Positions 39,408-49,324 of a DNA stretch of 64,000 nucleotides are shown here, one piece after another. The number at the start of each line of letters is the position of its first letter. The stretch's first letter is position 1. The position numbers and the translations under genes were made by a program. The stretch lies in the IMG/VR virus record IMGVR_UViG_3300042308_001511, positions 62,001 to 126,000 of that record, one strand, 5' to 3'. Under the pieces are notes generated by a model, which saw nothing but the letters and a program-made list of their open reading frames with translations, was not told the origin of the DNA and made no database searches.

Positions 39408-39833
39408 TTAGAGAAGCCCTTCTTTTTCTATCCTTTGTATTACGATTCGTTTTATCTCTTCGTCTTTTAGGTCAGGGTGTTTTTGATTTATTAGTCGTTT
39501 TAGTTCTATTTCCTCCTTAATAAGTTTTTCATTCTTTTCATTTATATCCTTTATATAGTTTTCGAGAGATTCACCTTCATCTTCAATCTCTTGTAGAATT
39601 GAAATCATCTCATCGGACTTTGCTTTAACATAAGGATCTAAGTTTTCTTCCAACTTTCGTTTCTTTTGTTTTAGTTCTATGTCTTTAATTATTTTAGACA
39701 TTTTACTTTCGGCATCAGATAGTTTTTGTTTGGTTATATCTAATCTTTTAGTCGATCTTTCTATATCCATTAAGTTTTCGATATACTTTTTCCTTATCTC
39801 TACTGCTGCATCTAAAAAAATTTTATTGATCAT
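39408..39833 (-). CDS. coiled-coil hypothetical protein
   Basis: K/E-rich heptads. Confidence 0.65.
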   Translation of the reverse strand: MINKIFLDAAVEIRKKYIENLMDIERSTKRLDITKQKLSDAESKMSKIIKDIELKQKKRKLEENLDPYVKAKSDEMISILQEIEDEGESLENYIKDINEKNEKLIKEEIELKRLINQKHPDLKDEEIKRIVIQRIEKEGLL

Positions 39834-40785
39834 CAGTGATTGTCTTTTTTCTTTGACGTGTTTTTGTACCAGAGGTCTTTCTTACAGGTTTCTCACCTAT
39901 TGCAGTGTTTGGTTTAGGTGTTCTTTTAGTTGTTGTTCTTTTAGTTGTTGTTTTAGTTGTTGTTTTAGTTTTTAAAACTTCGCCGTAAACCATCTCGCGT
40001 ATTTTTGCTTCGATACTACCCCTTAGAGTTTCCGGATTTCTTAGTATCTCATGTGTTATATCTTGTGCTAAGAATTCTATAATACTTTTATCATATGACT
40101 CCTCCATCATTTCTATGAACTCTAATTTTGGTATTTTGTTAGTAAGTGGTAAATCTAATTTGAATTCAATTCCTCTCTTTATACCACGAAACATTTCCCA
40201 AGGATCCTTCTTTTCCGTTGTAATTTTATTTACTACATCGTTGGCTAAAACATCTCCAGTTGAATCGTCCCTTACGACTTCAACTCTTTGAACATTCTCG
40301 TTTGGAGTGTACTTTTTTACTACTGGTAACTCATCTACTGAGTCTTCTCCTAATAATCGTGAGAATGCCTCATTCTGTCTATTCTGTTCCATAGTGTTGT
40401 CTATAGAAACCCCATATTTTTTTGCGAGTTCTGCCTTCTCATCTTCGATAGATGATGTGTAGACTACAGGTTCGTCGAAATTTCTATTAGTAGTTGTCAT
40501 ATTATTATCGGGTGTAACTCTTATTTCTCCATCTACTTCATCAAATTGTATATTATTTGTTGGTATAGATTTTATAGATTCAAAAATAGAATTATGAATA
40601 TTACTTGATGTGTTATCTATGAATTTTTTCGGATCTATGTATTCGGTGTAATGTTCCGAGTTTAGTAGTCTCCTAACATCAACTTTAGTTTTATTCTCCA
40701 GTATGGCTATGTTTTCAAAGGAGTCTATCACCTTTATTACCTCTCCGGTTCTGTTGTCCATAAAGGATCTGTTAGCTAGATTCAT
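39823..40785 (-). CDS. hypothetical protein with basic K/T-rich tail
   Basis: 320 aa; KTTT repeats. Confidence 0.7.
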   Translation of the reverse strand: MNLANRSFMDNRTGEVIKVIDSFENIAILENKTKVDVRRLLNSEHYTEYIDPKKFIDNTSSNIHNSIFESIKSIPTNNIQFDEVDGEIRVTPDNNMTTTNRNFDEPVVYTSSIEDEKAELAKKYGVSIDNTMEQNRQNEAFSRLLGEDSVDELPVVKKYTPNENVQRVEVVRDDSTGDVLANDVVNKITTEKKDPWEMFRGIKRGIEFKLDLPLTNKIPKLEFIEMMEESYDKSIIEFLAQDITHEILRNPETLRGSIEAKIREMVYGEVLKTKTTTKTTTKRTTTKRTPKPNTAIGEKPVRKTSGTKTRQRKKTITDDQ

Positions 40786-40871
40786 GTTCTTATAAGTTTT
40801 TTTTCGCTTCTTTTTATATTGGTTATCAATACCTTTGTTTAGATATATTTAGTATGTGTTTTCCTTTAAAC

Positions 40872-40898
40872 AAAAAAACCACCAATTGGTGGTTTTTT
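40872..40898. terminator. intrinsic terminator after SSB gene
   Basis: A7-CCACC-aatt-GGTGG-T6. Confidence 0.8.
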
Positions 40899-40912
40899 AA
40901 TATATTTCTGTT

Positions 40913-41896
40913 TTAGAAATCTGAGAAGAAGTCGTCTTCTTCTGTTGTTGCAGAAGCTACACTTTGGTTTGAAGTGAAGTTTTCGTCGAACTCGAAGTCT
41001 TCAGTTGAAGGCTTGGCCGTGTTCGTCTTATTCGCGTTGAATGATCCCGAAGATTTTCCTAACAAAAAGTTAGTAATTTCATTAATCTTACCTTGTTGCT
41101 CATCATTGAGTTTCTTAGGTGCGAAATCTTCAATATCGTGTTCTCTATCAAGAAGGAAGTCTTTAACTTTTCCTTGTGCTTCTGGATTTACAACCAATTT
41201 TCCACCATCGTTAGTTGTAGTAGGTACGTTTTTGAAAGCGTTTTTATCTTTGAAATAGATAGGAAGTGAACTCTTTTCTGGTTTGAACATACTTTGTTTG
41301 TAATCAGGGTATTTTTCGTCACCTTGTCCAGTTTCTTTCACAACAAGTACAAAGTCTTTACCTTCTGCTAAATCGAAAACGTTACATGATGTTCCAGAAA
41401 TCTCACCTGATTTTTCTACTCCGATTTTGTCTTTGATAGTCTTACCGTATTGGAAAATCATAATTTTACCAACTAATTCTGGTTGTTGCTCGTCTTCTAA
41501 TACTAATACATAAGAGTAGTATTTACGTGAGAAGTTTAATTGTTTTGATTTTTCAATCAACATAGCATTTTTAGAGTTCTGCATGTTGTAGTAAAGATCT
41601 GTAAGTGGACATTTCTCTCCGAAATTTTTAGGTGAGTCGAACCATCCGCTTAACTCTTTCATATTTTTGATGTTAACATAGTGTGTAATTTTCTCTACAG
41701 TCACCTGTCCAACTTTTCCTTCTTTGGATAAGTTTGGTAAAAACCTAACCACTGATCTCCATCCTTTTTTCTTGTCTTTTACTTTTGAAAGATCTACTCT
41801 GTAGATACCATCATTGTTAGTTACCGTTTTTTGCTCGTTAAGGAAGTCCATTTTGCTGTCTAAACCTCCGTTAAACAAATCATCAAATTCTGCCAT
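40913..41896 (-). CDS. single-stranded DNA-binding protein (T4 gp32-like)
   Basis: VRFLP, CP, YYSYVLV, GKIMIFQYGKTIKDKI, FDL.EGKDF, YP.Y..S.F, acidic tail DDFFSDF. Confidence 0.88.
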   Translation of the reverse strand: MAEFDDLFNGGLDSKMDFLNEQKTVTNNDGIYRVDLSKVKDKKKGWRSVVRFLPNLSKEGKVGQVTVEKITHYVNIKNMKELSGWFDSPKNFGEKCPLTDLYYNMQNSKNAMLIEKSKQLNFSRKYYSYVLVLEDEQQPELVGKIMIFQYGKTIKDKIGVEKSGEISGTSCNVFDLAEGKDFVLVVKETGQGDEKYPDYKQSMFKPEKSSLPIYFKDKNAFKNVPTTTNDGGKLVVNPEAQGKVKDFLLDREHDIEDFAPKKLNDEQQGKINEITNFLLGKSSGSFNANKTNTAKPSTEDFEFDENFTSNQSVASATTEEDDFFSDF

Positions 41897-41978
41897 TTTG
41901 CTTTTTATTTTTTTAGTTATTCAGGCACCATTGCCTAATGATTATTATATTAGTTTTACTACTAAAAGTTTAGTTTGA

Positions 41979-42230
41979 TTATGTTTTTTTGATAAAAAAT
42001 GATACAATAACAACTATTGAACCCAAAATTGTCCAGATGATATCAAGCCAATCGAATCCCGAACCGTAAAATAGGTCCCAAACCTCCTTAAGTATTGCAA
42101 TTGCAGTACATAATAGGAAAGATGAAAGTGGTGAAACACCAAAAATCAAAGATGTGAGTGTAATCAAAGAACCGTAAATAAAGTGGTTTGCTTTATCTTT
42201 TTCTACCTCGAATTTTTCGAAACTAAACAT
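41979..42230 (-). CDS. small membrane protein
   Basis: DKANHF, KE..D and D motifs with three hydrophobic segments. Confidence 0.65.
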   Translation of the reverse strand: MFSFEKFEVEKDKANHFIYGSLITLTSLIFGVSPLSSFLLCTAIAILKEVWDLFYGSGFDWLDIIWTILGSIVVIVSFFIKKT

Positions 42231-42259
42231 ATAGTTTATATCGAATGTGTTTGGTAAGT

Positions 42260-42553
42260 TTATTTGTTTTGTTTATTATCTTCTCCTTTGAATGGACCTA
42301 ACATACCTTTCAGATTCCAAGATGATACGAATTTTTTGTTATGTTTCTCATAATCTTCATATGATTCGATGCCTGTATCGATTGGGTTTTGAATATATTG
42401 TATGTTAGCACCCTGCTTATTCATATCAGAAATTCTATTTCCAATATCGGTTTTTGCCGATTGTTTCATAACCCTTTTTAGTTTTTCTACTGAATTTTGA
42501 CGTGGTAGTGCCTCGTTCAACATATCAAACTCTTCAAATTTTAATATTCTCAT
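42260..42553 (-). CDS. putative head-internal virion protein
   Basis: TAATATATA-N4-ATG; starts MRILKFEEFDMLNEA. Confidence 0.7.
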   Translation of the reverse strand: MRILKFEEFDMLNEALPRQNSVEKLKRVMKQSAKTDIGNRISDMNKQGANIQYIQNPIDTGIESYEDYEKHNKKFVSSWNLKGMLGPFKGEDNKQNK

Positions 42554-42612
42554 AACCTATATATTAACTTAATCTTATATAAAACCATTACGTTATATAG
42601 AATATAACAGTC

Positions 42613-44565
42613 ATGAGAATTGTATACATAACACCACACCTTTCCACAGGAGGAATGCCAGAATACCTTAGGAGAAAAGTTGAACTACTAAAAGATGACC
42701 ATGATGTGTGGGTGGTCGAGAAAAGTTTTGAACCTGCGTATAGATCGATAAGAGATAAAATAGAGTCTCTTATTGGTGAAAGACTTGTATCTCTAAATGG
42801 TAATAACGAAATTTTACTAAAACTAATTTCCGAGGTAAACCCAGATGTTATACACTTTGAGGAGTTATCCGATTATCACTTTGAACCGGCACTTCTTGAC
42901 CTTATATACACACCTGATCGTGAATATTTAATATTTGATACACTACACGATTCTTCGATAGATTATACCGAGAAAAGGTACATACCTGACAAAATGTTAG
43001 TTGTTAGTCCTTGGCAGGTTAAGAACTTCTTACCGCTCGGTATACCGGTTGAGATGTTAGAACATGAAATTTTAGCAGGTGAAAGAAATCGTGGTTTACT
43101 TTCTGAACTAGGTTTAGATCCTTCCCGTAAGCATATACTTCAGGTTGGTTTATTCTCACGTAGAAAGAATCAATCTGAGACAATAGAATTAGCCAAACTT
43201 ATGCCTGGTGTAGATTTTCACTTTGTTGGAAATCAAACAGACAATTACAGACAATATTGGGAACCTTTGTTGAATAATCTTCCATCTAATTGTAAGATAT
43301 GGGGTGAGAGATCGGATGCTGAAAAATTCTACTCTTGTATGGATTGTGTAATATTTCCATCGAGAGGTGAGTATGGTGACCGGGAGACTAACCCTTTAGT
43401 AATAAGGGAAGCAATGGCTTGGAATGTTCCACTTTTCTTACGTGATAGAGACTTCTATATGGGTATGTATTCGGAGTCTTCAATGGTTAGATTTATGCAC
43501 GAAGAAGTAGAAAAAAATGTGATAGAACTCACAGATTTTATAAAATTAGAAAATAAAGAAATTATGAAAACAGAAAACTTAACAGATGAATTCTTCAAAA
43601 GAAAACTTTTTGAAATATCATTTTCATCGGAAACTAACCAAATAGACTTCAAATATTTAGAACAACCGACACTGGAATGTATGGTTTGTATAAGAGACAT
43701 CGATACAGAGGTGCCAATTTATTCTTTTGATTCTAAATTTGAATCTGGTTCTACCGTTTGGTGTGTTCCTATACCAAAACCATACTACGACTTCCAGGAC
43801 AATCCTAACTTTGGTGGTTTTCTATATGACTTCTACATCGATGGTGAGAGAAAGTATGTTCAGACAACTAGAATAAAACCGGCGTCGATAATCAAAGAAA
43901 AATTCAGAGTCGAATCGTTTGAACCAATATTCGTTAACTACGAACAGTTCTTCACCGACAAAATTTATGACAATTTCCTATTAGGTGGAGAGATAGGAAC
44001 AGTATTAGACATCGGTGCTAACATAGGTCTATTCACAGAACTTGCTATTCGTAAAGGTGCATCTGAGGTTGTTTCAGTAGAGATAAACGAAAATGCAATT
44101 GGTATATTCGAAGATATTCACTCGGGTAGAGAAAATGTAAGACTAGTTAAGAAGGCAGTATACGACAAAACTGGTGAAATGGAAATACACACAGATCCTA
44201 ACAACTCATTAGTGGGTTCGGTTTTTCACGATCACACTGCTGGTTTATCAGAGACAGTTATTGTTCCATCAATAAGTATCGATGATCTTATGGCTGAGTA
44301 TAATTTGGAAGATATTGGTCTTGTTAAGATAGATGTAGAAGGATCAGAATATGCCATATTTGATGGTATGTCTGACGAAACACTTGACAAACTGAATAAT
44401 ATAATACTTGAATTCCACGATAACTTTGGAGGTAGACTTAGAGACTCAATAACAAAAAGATTAGATGGTAAATTTGATTACAAAATATACCAGGACGATT
44501 GTAAAAATCCTGCAAGTGAGTGGGAAGAAAGAGGTACAATATTCGCTAAAAAACATATTAAATAA
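42613..44565 (+). CDS. GT4-type glycosyltransferase fused to FkbM methyltransferase
   Basis: PHLSTGGMP, RKNQ, FPS...E.NPLVIREA; LDIGANIG, KIDVEGSE, EFH. Confidence 0.88.
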   Translation: MRIVYITPHLSTGGMPEYLRRKVELLKDDHDVWVVEKSFEPAYRSIRDKIESLIGERLVSLNGNNEILLKLISEVNPDVIHFEELSDYHFEPALLDLIYTPDREYLIFDTLHDSSIDYTEKRYIPDKMLVVSPWQVKNFLPLGIPVEMLEHEILAGERNRGLLSELGLDPSRKHILQVGLFSRRKNQSETIELAKLMPGVDFHFVGNQTDNYRQYWEPLLNNLPSNCKIWGERSDAEKFYSCMDCVIFPSRGEYGDRETNPLVIREAMAWNVPLFLRDRDFYMGMYSESSMVRFMHEEVEKNVIELTDFIKLENKEIMKTENLTDEFFKRKLFEISFSSETNQIDFKYLEQPTLECMVCIRDIDTEVPIYSFDSKFESGSTVWCVPIPKPYYDFQDNPNFGGFLYDFYIDGERKYVQTTRIKPASIIKEKFRVESFEPIFVNYEQFFTDKIYDNFLLGGEIGTVLDIGANIGLFTELAIRKGASEVVSVEINENAIGIFEDIHSGRENVRLVKKAVYDKTGEMEIHTDPNNSLVGSVFHDHTAGLSETVIVPSISIDDLMAEYNLEDIGLVKIDVEGSEYAIFDGMSDETLDKLNNIILEFHDNFGGRLRDSITKRLDGKFDYKIYQDDCKNPASEWEERGTIFAKKHIK

Positions 44566-44577
44566 TTCGAAAAGGTA

Positions 44578-45252
44578 ATGATTGTAGGTAATGGACTTAT
44601 TGCAAAATCTTTCTCTATTTTTAGAGAGGATAGTAATATTATTATTTTCGCATCTGGTGTTTCTAGCTCTTTGTGTGATGACCCTTTTGAATTCAAAAGG
44701 GAGATAGATATGTTATGTGGATTGAACCAAAATTGTAGGATTATTTACTTTAGTACTGCTTCTTTGTCGGATGGTAGTTTTGAAAGTCCTTATATACGAC
44801 ATAAAATTGAAATGGAACGTATTTTAATGGATAGATTCAAAAATTATTTGATACTTAGATTACCCACGGTTGTCGGTAGTGGTGGAAATTCAACAAACCT
44901 TTTCAATCATTTTATAAATTGTATATCAAATGATTTGTGTATAAAGGTTAATGTGAATCAATATAGATCATTAATCGATGCAGATGACCTTTATACATTA
45001 ACAAAAGGTATTATACTTTCTGATTTCTTAGGTATTGTTGATATATCATTGGATAACCAGTCTACTGTTGGTGAAATTGTTGCTGATATAGAGAGTGTTT
45101 TAGGAATAAATTTCAGAAAAGAGCTTATAAATTCTCATCAAAACCACCCGATATCCAATCAACTATTAAAGGATTTGATACGTGAAGACTTCTATAAAAT
45201 AGACAGACCGGACTATAATATAAGGTTGATAAAAAAATATCAAAATAAATGA
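44578..45252 (+). CDS. NAD-dependent epimerase/dehydratase-like protein
   Basis: IVGNGLIA, FASGVS, YFST, YIRHK (YxxxK), LRLP. Confidence 0.75.
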   Translation: MIVGNGLIAKSFSIFREDSNIIIFASGVSSSLCDDPFEFKREIDMLCGLNQNCRIIYFSTASLSDGSFESPYIRHKIEMERILMDRFKNYLILRLPTVVGSGGNSTNLFNHFINCISNDLCIKVNVNQYRSLIDADDLYTLTKGIILSDFLGIVDISLDNQSTVGEIVADIESVLGINFRKELINSHQNHPISNQLLKDLIREDFYKIDRPDYNIRLIKKYQNK

Positions 45253-45956
45253 AACTCAGTGTTATAATACCGTGTTACAACTTCGAATCATATCTTGATA
45301 AGTGTATACAGAGTGTTCTCGAACAGGAAACAAATTTCTATTACGAAATAATAGTTGGTGATGACTGTTCTTCGGATTCATCAGCAACAATACTTTCGAA
45401 TTATATCGGTCGTATATCATACTATGTGAATCAAAATAACTTTGGTTATGGTGAAAATACGGTAAAGTTAATAAGTCTATGTAGAGGCGAATACATAACT
45501 TATCTCGATGGAGATGATTTCCTTACAGATAATCAAAAGTTCCAAAAACAGATTGACTTTTTAGACGCAAATCCAGAATATGTAATGCATAGTACTGGTT
45601 GTTTCTATGCAACACCAGAGGGAGAATTTTCTGGAACTATAATAACACCTGTGATTGAGGAGCCAACAACAGAAGAACTTTTATCGACTAATTACGTAGG
45701 ATTTGGAAGAACTTTCCGAAATATTAAAAATATTTCGTTTGAGTGGATGAAGGATATTAAGTTTCATGATTGGGCCATTAATTTCGAACTATCTTTGTTA
45801 GGAAAGATAAGGTGTGAGAATTTTGTATCTGGTGGATATAGGATATCCGGTAATGGCATAATAACTAGTCTCGATGATGGTGATATCTATAATCATAATC
45901 AAATTTGTATGGAAAAACTAGCTTACAGACTAAACGATTTTAAAAATAAGAATTGA
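45249..45956 (+). CDS. GT2 glycosyltransferase
   Basis: SVIIPCYN, GDDCSSD, LDGDD. Confidence 0.92.
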   Translation: MKLSVIIPCYNFESYLDKCIQSVLEQETNFYYEIIVGDDCSSDSSATILSNYIGRISYYVNQNNFGYGENTVKLISLCRGEYITYLDGDDFLTDNQKFQKQIDFLDANPEYVMHSTGCFYATPEGEFSGTIITPVIEEPTTEELLSTNYVGFGRTFRNIKNISFEWMKDIKFHDWAINFELSLLGKIRCENFVSGGYRISGNGIITSLDDGDIYNHNQICMEKLAYRLNDFKNKN

Positions 45957-45960
45957 TAAT

Positions 45961-48276
45961 ATGAATGTTCAAAAGATAATACAAGTAACTCCGGGTGTAA
46001 TGCAAATACCACCAACAGGATGGGGTGCGGTAGAAAAAATTATATGGGAGTATACTAAATCTCTTCGTTCGGTTGGATATGACGTGGAAATACTTTATAC
46101 AGATGATGTTTCTAATAGTGATAATCAAATTGTACATGTTCATATGGCAAATCTTGCGAATATTCTAAATGAAAGAGGAATTGAATATGTTTTTTCACTA
46201 CACGACCACCACGTAGAACATTTTGGTAAAGACTCTCAATGTTATAAAGATAACTATGATGCTATCAAAAATTCGAAAATTACATTCGTTCACTCACCAC
46301 ATCTTATTGAGTATTTCGATAATATGTCTAACATAGTTTATTTACAACATGGTGTGAACAACGAAGACTACATATTTTTAGATCGTTCGGAGATGGTTCG
46401 TAGGTCTCCTGGTATTGTTATGATGGCTAATAACGGACTCGGTGGTGATTCACTTTATGATAGGAAAGGATTTTTGATTGGAATTGATGCTGCCAATAGG
46501 TTACAACTTCCTATTACTATAATATGTCCAAGTAGTAACCGTGAATTCTTTGAATATCACAAAGTATCTTATGATAAACTTCAGATTATTTACGATTTGA
46601 ATTACGAAGATTCAATTAAAGAGCTTTCTAAACATACATTATTCTTAAATCCTTCGATTATAGAAGCAGGTCATCCTAACCTAACGGTTGTTGAGTCTTT
46701 ATCGTGTGGAATACCTGTTGTTGGTACATCTTATGTAGATGTCCCGGGACTTATTAGATGTAGTAGAGATTTAGAGGATGTAGTTTTGAAAATTGATGAG
46801 TGTCTATTTAAATATGATGGTTTGGTTGAATCTATAAAACAAACTAGAGAATCTTTGTCGTGGAATATTGTTGTCACTAAAATGTTACAATATTATAAAC
46901 GTGTTTATGAAATTTCGGAAAAATCACAATTAGAATGGCAATACAAAAACACAAAAATACTTAGACTACCTAAACAGGAAAAATCAGGAATTCAGGTTGA
47001 TTTCAAAAACGGAAGAACATTTGTTAAAACATCACTACACTCTCAGGGACTCAGTGCAGTTTTCCGTGACAACAAAACCAACTCTATAATATTTGAAACT
47101 ACCATAGGTAAAACTCCGGGTAATTGGGCGTATATGTATACACCGGTTGACCGATTTGTGGATTGGGAGGTTTCTGTTAACTTTGGAACAATTCCTTTAC
47201 ACGTAGAGCGTATGGATCTAAAAAGAAAGAAGGTTCTTGTCACTGGAAATCCTGACATATCATCTTTAGTTGAATTCAGTCTAAAAACTGGTGCATTTTT
47301 GACTCTAAGAGATTTTAAAAACGGATACTTCTGTTACGACCCTGATGCTAATTCGGATGATTTCTATACTGTATTTAATGAACAACAGATTAAAGACTAC
47401 TTCACAATTTGTCCTAGAGTAGTGGATAAGTTACTTCTAAAATCAGGATCTGCGGCACTGGGTGATACAATAGCATTTATACCATATGCACAGAAGTGGG
47501 CAGCCAGTAAAGGTATTGTTGCCGATGTAGATTGTGCTTGGTCTGATATATTTAAATCTACAGAGTATCCAAACCTTTGTTTCGTTGGAAGGGATGTTTC
47601 GATAGAGAACTATTCAAATATTTGGAGATTTGAATATCTATTTGATCGTCCATTACAGAAAGGATACTCGGATCAGTTCGGTTTAGAATATAAAGAGATT
47701 CCTGCAATGATAAGGAAATCAGGTAAAGATAATCCTGTTAATGAAAGATATGTTTGTCTGGGTGTTCAGACTACAACACAGTGTAAGTATTGGAATCGTG
47801 TTGGTGGATGGGATAAACTTTGTGAGATGTTGGAGTCTGAAGGTATAAAAGTTGTTTCGTTGGATAAATATGAAGTTTTTGGAATTGATGGTTATTGGAA
47901 TAGTCTTCCTGAAAAATCCGACAAAAAAGTAGGTATGGAATTCTCCGAGGTTATAAGATATATCGAACATTGTGATGCTTTCATAGGTGTTAGTAGTGGA
48001 TTGGGATGGTTAGCATATGGTCTCGATAAACAAGTGGTTATGATATCCGGAACAACTGTAAAAAATAATGAATTTACTATAAACAACCACCGTGTGTCAC
48101 CACCGGATAATGTTTGTAATGGTTGTTTCAACAAACCACACCTTTATAATTTTGATGCAGGAAACTGGTTATGGTGCCCGGTCTATTCCGGAACTGATAA
48201 AAGGTTTGAGTGTACAACTTCTATTTCACCAGAGATGGTATTCGAGGCGGTTATGGCGGCACTTGGTGAGTCTTAA
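45961..48276 (+). CDS. GT4-like domain fused to autotransporter-heptosyltransferase (TibC/Aah)-like domain
   Basis: IPP.GWGAVE, EAGHPNL; ALGDTIAFIP, KYWN..GW, FIGVSSGLGWLA, CNGC...CP...FECT four-Cys cluster. Confidence 0.8.
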   Translation: MNVQKIIQVTPGVMQIPPTGWGAVEKIIWEYTKSLRSVGYDVEILYTDDVSNSDNQIVHVHMANLANILNERGIEYVFSLHDHHVEHFGKDSQCYKDNYDAIKNSKITFVHSPHLIEYFDNMSNIVYLQHGVNNEDYIFLDRSEMVRRSPGIVMMANNGLGGDSLYDRKGFLIGIDAANRLQLPITIICPSSNREFFEYHKVSYDKLQIIYDLNYEDSIKELSKHTLFLNPSIIEAGHPNLTVVESLSCGIPVVGTSYVDVPGLIRCSRDLEDVVLKIDECLFKYDGLVESIKQTRESLSWNIVVTKMLQYYKRVYEISEKSQLEWQYKNTKILRLPKQEKSGIQVDFKNGRTFVKTSLHSQGLSAVFRDNKTNSIIFETTIGKTPGNWAYMYTPVDRFVDWEVSVNFGTIPLHVERMDLKRKKVLVTGNPDISSLVEFSLKTGAFLTLRDFKNGYFCYDPDANSDDFYTVFNEQQIKDYFTICPRVVDKLLLKSGSAALGDTIAFIPYAQKWAASKGIVADVDCAWSDIFKSTEYPNLCFVGRDVSIENYSNIWRFEYLFDRPLQKGYSDQFGLEYKEIPAMIRKSGKDNPVNERYVCLGVQTTTQCKYWNRVGGWDKLCEMLESEGIKVVSLDKYEVFGIDGYWNSLPEKSDKKVGMEFSEVIRYIEHCDAFIGVSSGLGWLAYGLDKQVVMISGTTVKNNEFTINNHRVSPPDNVCNGCFNKPHLYNFDAGNWLWCPVYSGTDKRFECTTSISPEMVFEAVMAALGES

Positions 48277-48668
48277 ATGTTGAATATGTCGATGATTTCA
48301 TCGTCTAATATCTGATTTAGTGCCAGTTCTCTACTTCTCTGTGTGAATGTCTGTATAAAGGTTAGTTCTATGAATTCGAGTATCAGACCTTCTTCACGTG
48401 ACTTTGTGAATATGGCGGTGAACTCATACTCACCCTCTGGTTGACCTTTTGTGTCTAGGTAGATGTCGTACAATTCCTGTTCGATATCGTTGTCGAACCC
48501 ACTCCATAACCAGAACCAGTCTTTCTGATCCGATTTGAACCCCATATCACCATATCCACCCTTTATAACGTCGCCAATACCCTGCACGACGGTGTATGTC
48601 TTATTGGTCTCTATTATGTCGTGCATCAAATCACGGTAGTGTTCTTCACTCTTTGTCAGTTTCTCCAT
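48273..48668 (-). CDS. hypothetical protein with RExxLxxIL motif
   Basis: RSRELALNQILDD near C-terminus. Confidence 0.65.
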   Translation of the reverse strand: MEKLTKSEEHYRDLMHDIIETNKTYTVVQGIGDVIKGGYGDMGFKSDQKDWFWLWSGFDNDIEQELYDIYLDTKGQPEGEYEFTAIFTKSREEGLILEFIELTFIQTFTQRSRELALNQILDDEIIDIFNI

Positions 48669-48906
48669 CGATTTTATGTATTATAACCTCGGCTTCTGTT
48701 TCAATGACCACTCTAGCACCACAACTCAATATTGGTTTTTGATTACCGGATCCACAATACAACACTCTGCTCGGGCCGAGTATTTCGACCTCGTTGCAGT
48801 ATGTGTTTTTCTTACCCTGTTTCACCGTTATCACTGGTAGATCAGTCCCTTTAGTTTTATTGGAACGTATGTGATGTTGGTTTATGTGTATTCTGGTTTT
48901 CATCAC
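48646..48906 (-). CDS. conserved phage hypothetical protein
   Basis: RIHINQH.IR.N...PVITVK...LSCGARV. Confidence 0.7.
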   Translation of the reverse strand: MMKTRIHINQHHIRSNKTKGTDLPVITVKQGKKNTYCNEVEILGPSRVLYCGSGNQKPILSCGARVVIETEAEVIIHKIDGETDKE

Positions 48907-49304
48907 TTCAGTTTTGCAAAGGCAGCACCAACTACCTTTTTATCTGCAGGTAAGTCTGTAAATGCTTTCATCACCATTCCAATGTTATTTACACCATCAG
49001 ATATCAGTTGTCTAACTTTATCTTCAATCTCTTCTACCGACATCTGTTTTGGTAGGTATGTTTCAATTATAGCTAGTTCTGTTGTAGTCTCGTCGGATGG
49101 AAATTTAGAATTCGTTTCATCAAGACTCTTTTTTGTTTTTGTTATAATTTTCAGTACGTCTTCATCAGACATATTTTCAATACCTGTATTTTTTTCAATA
49201 GTTTGTATCTCTCCTTTGATAACAGATAAGAGATTTTTACTCACGCTGTCTTTTGCTTTGAATGCAGTCATATAGTCTGCATTGATTCTTTCTTTTAGTG
49301 TCAT
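48903..49304 (-). CDS. GatB/YqeY domain protein
   Basis: LKERI..D...A.KAKD, YLPKQMS.EEI, G.VMK, AD.K.V. Confidence 0.88.
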   Translation of the reverse strand: MTLKERINADYMTAFKAKDSVSKNLLSVIKGEIQTIEKNTGIENMSDEDVLKIITKTKKSLDETNSKFPSDETTTELAIIETYLPKQMSVEEIEDKVRQLISDGVNNIGMVMKAFTDLPADKKVVGAAFAKLK

Positions 49305-49324
49305 TTTTTATTATTTTTTTGTTA

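Noticed and set aside
39922-39972. TTTAGTTGTTG short tandem repeats
   Set aside because: They encode a KTTT low-complexity protein tail, not a separate element
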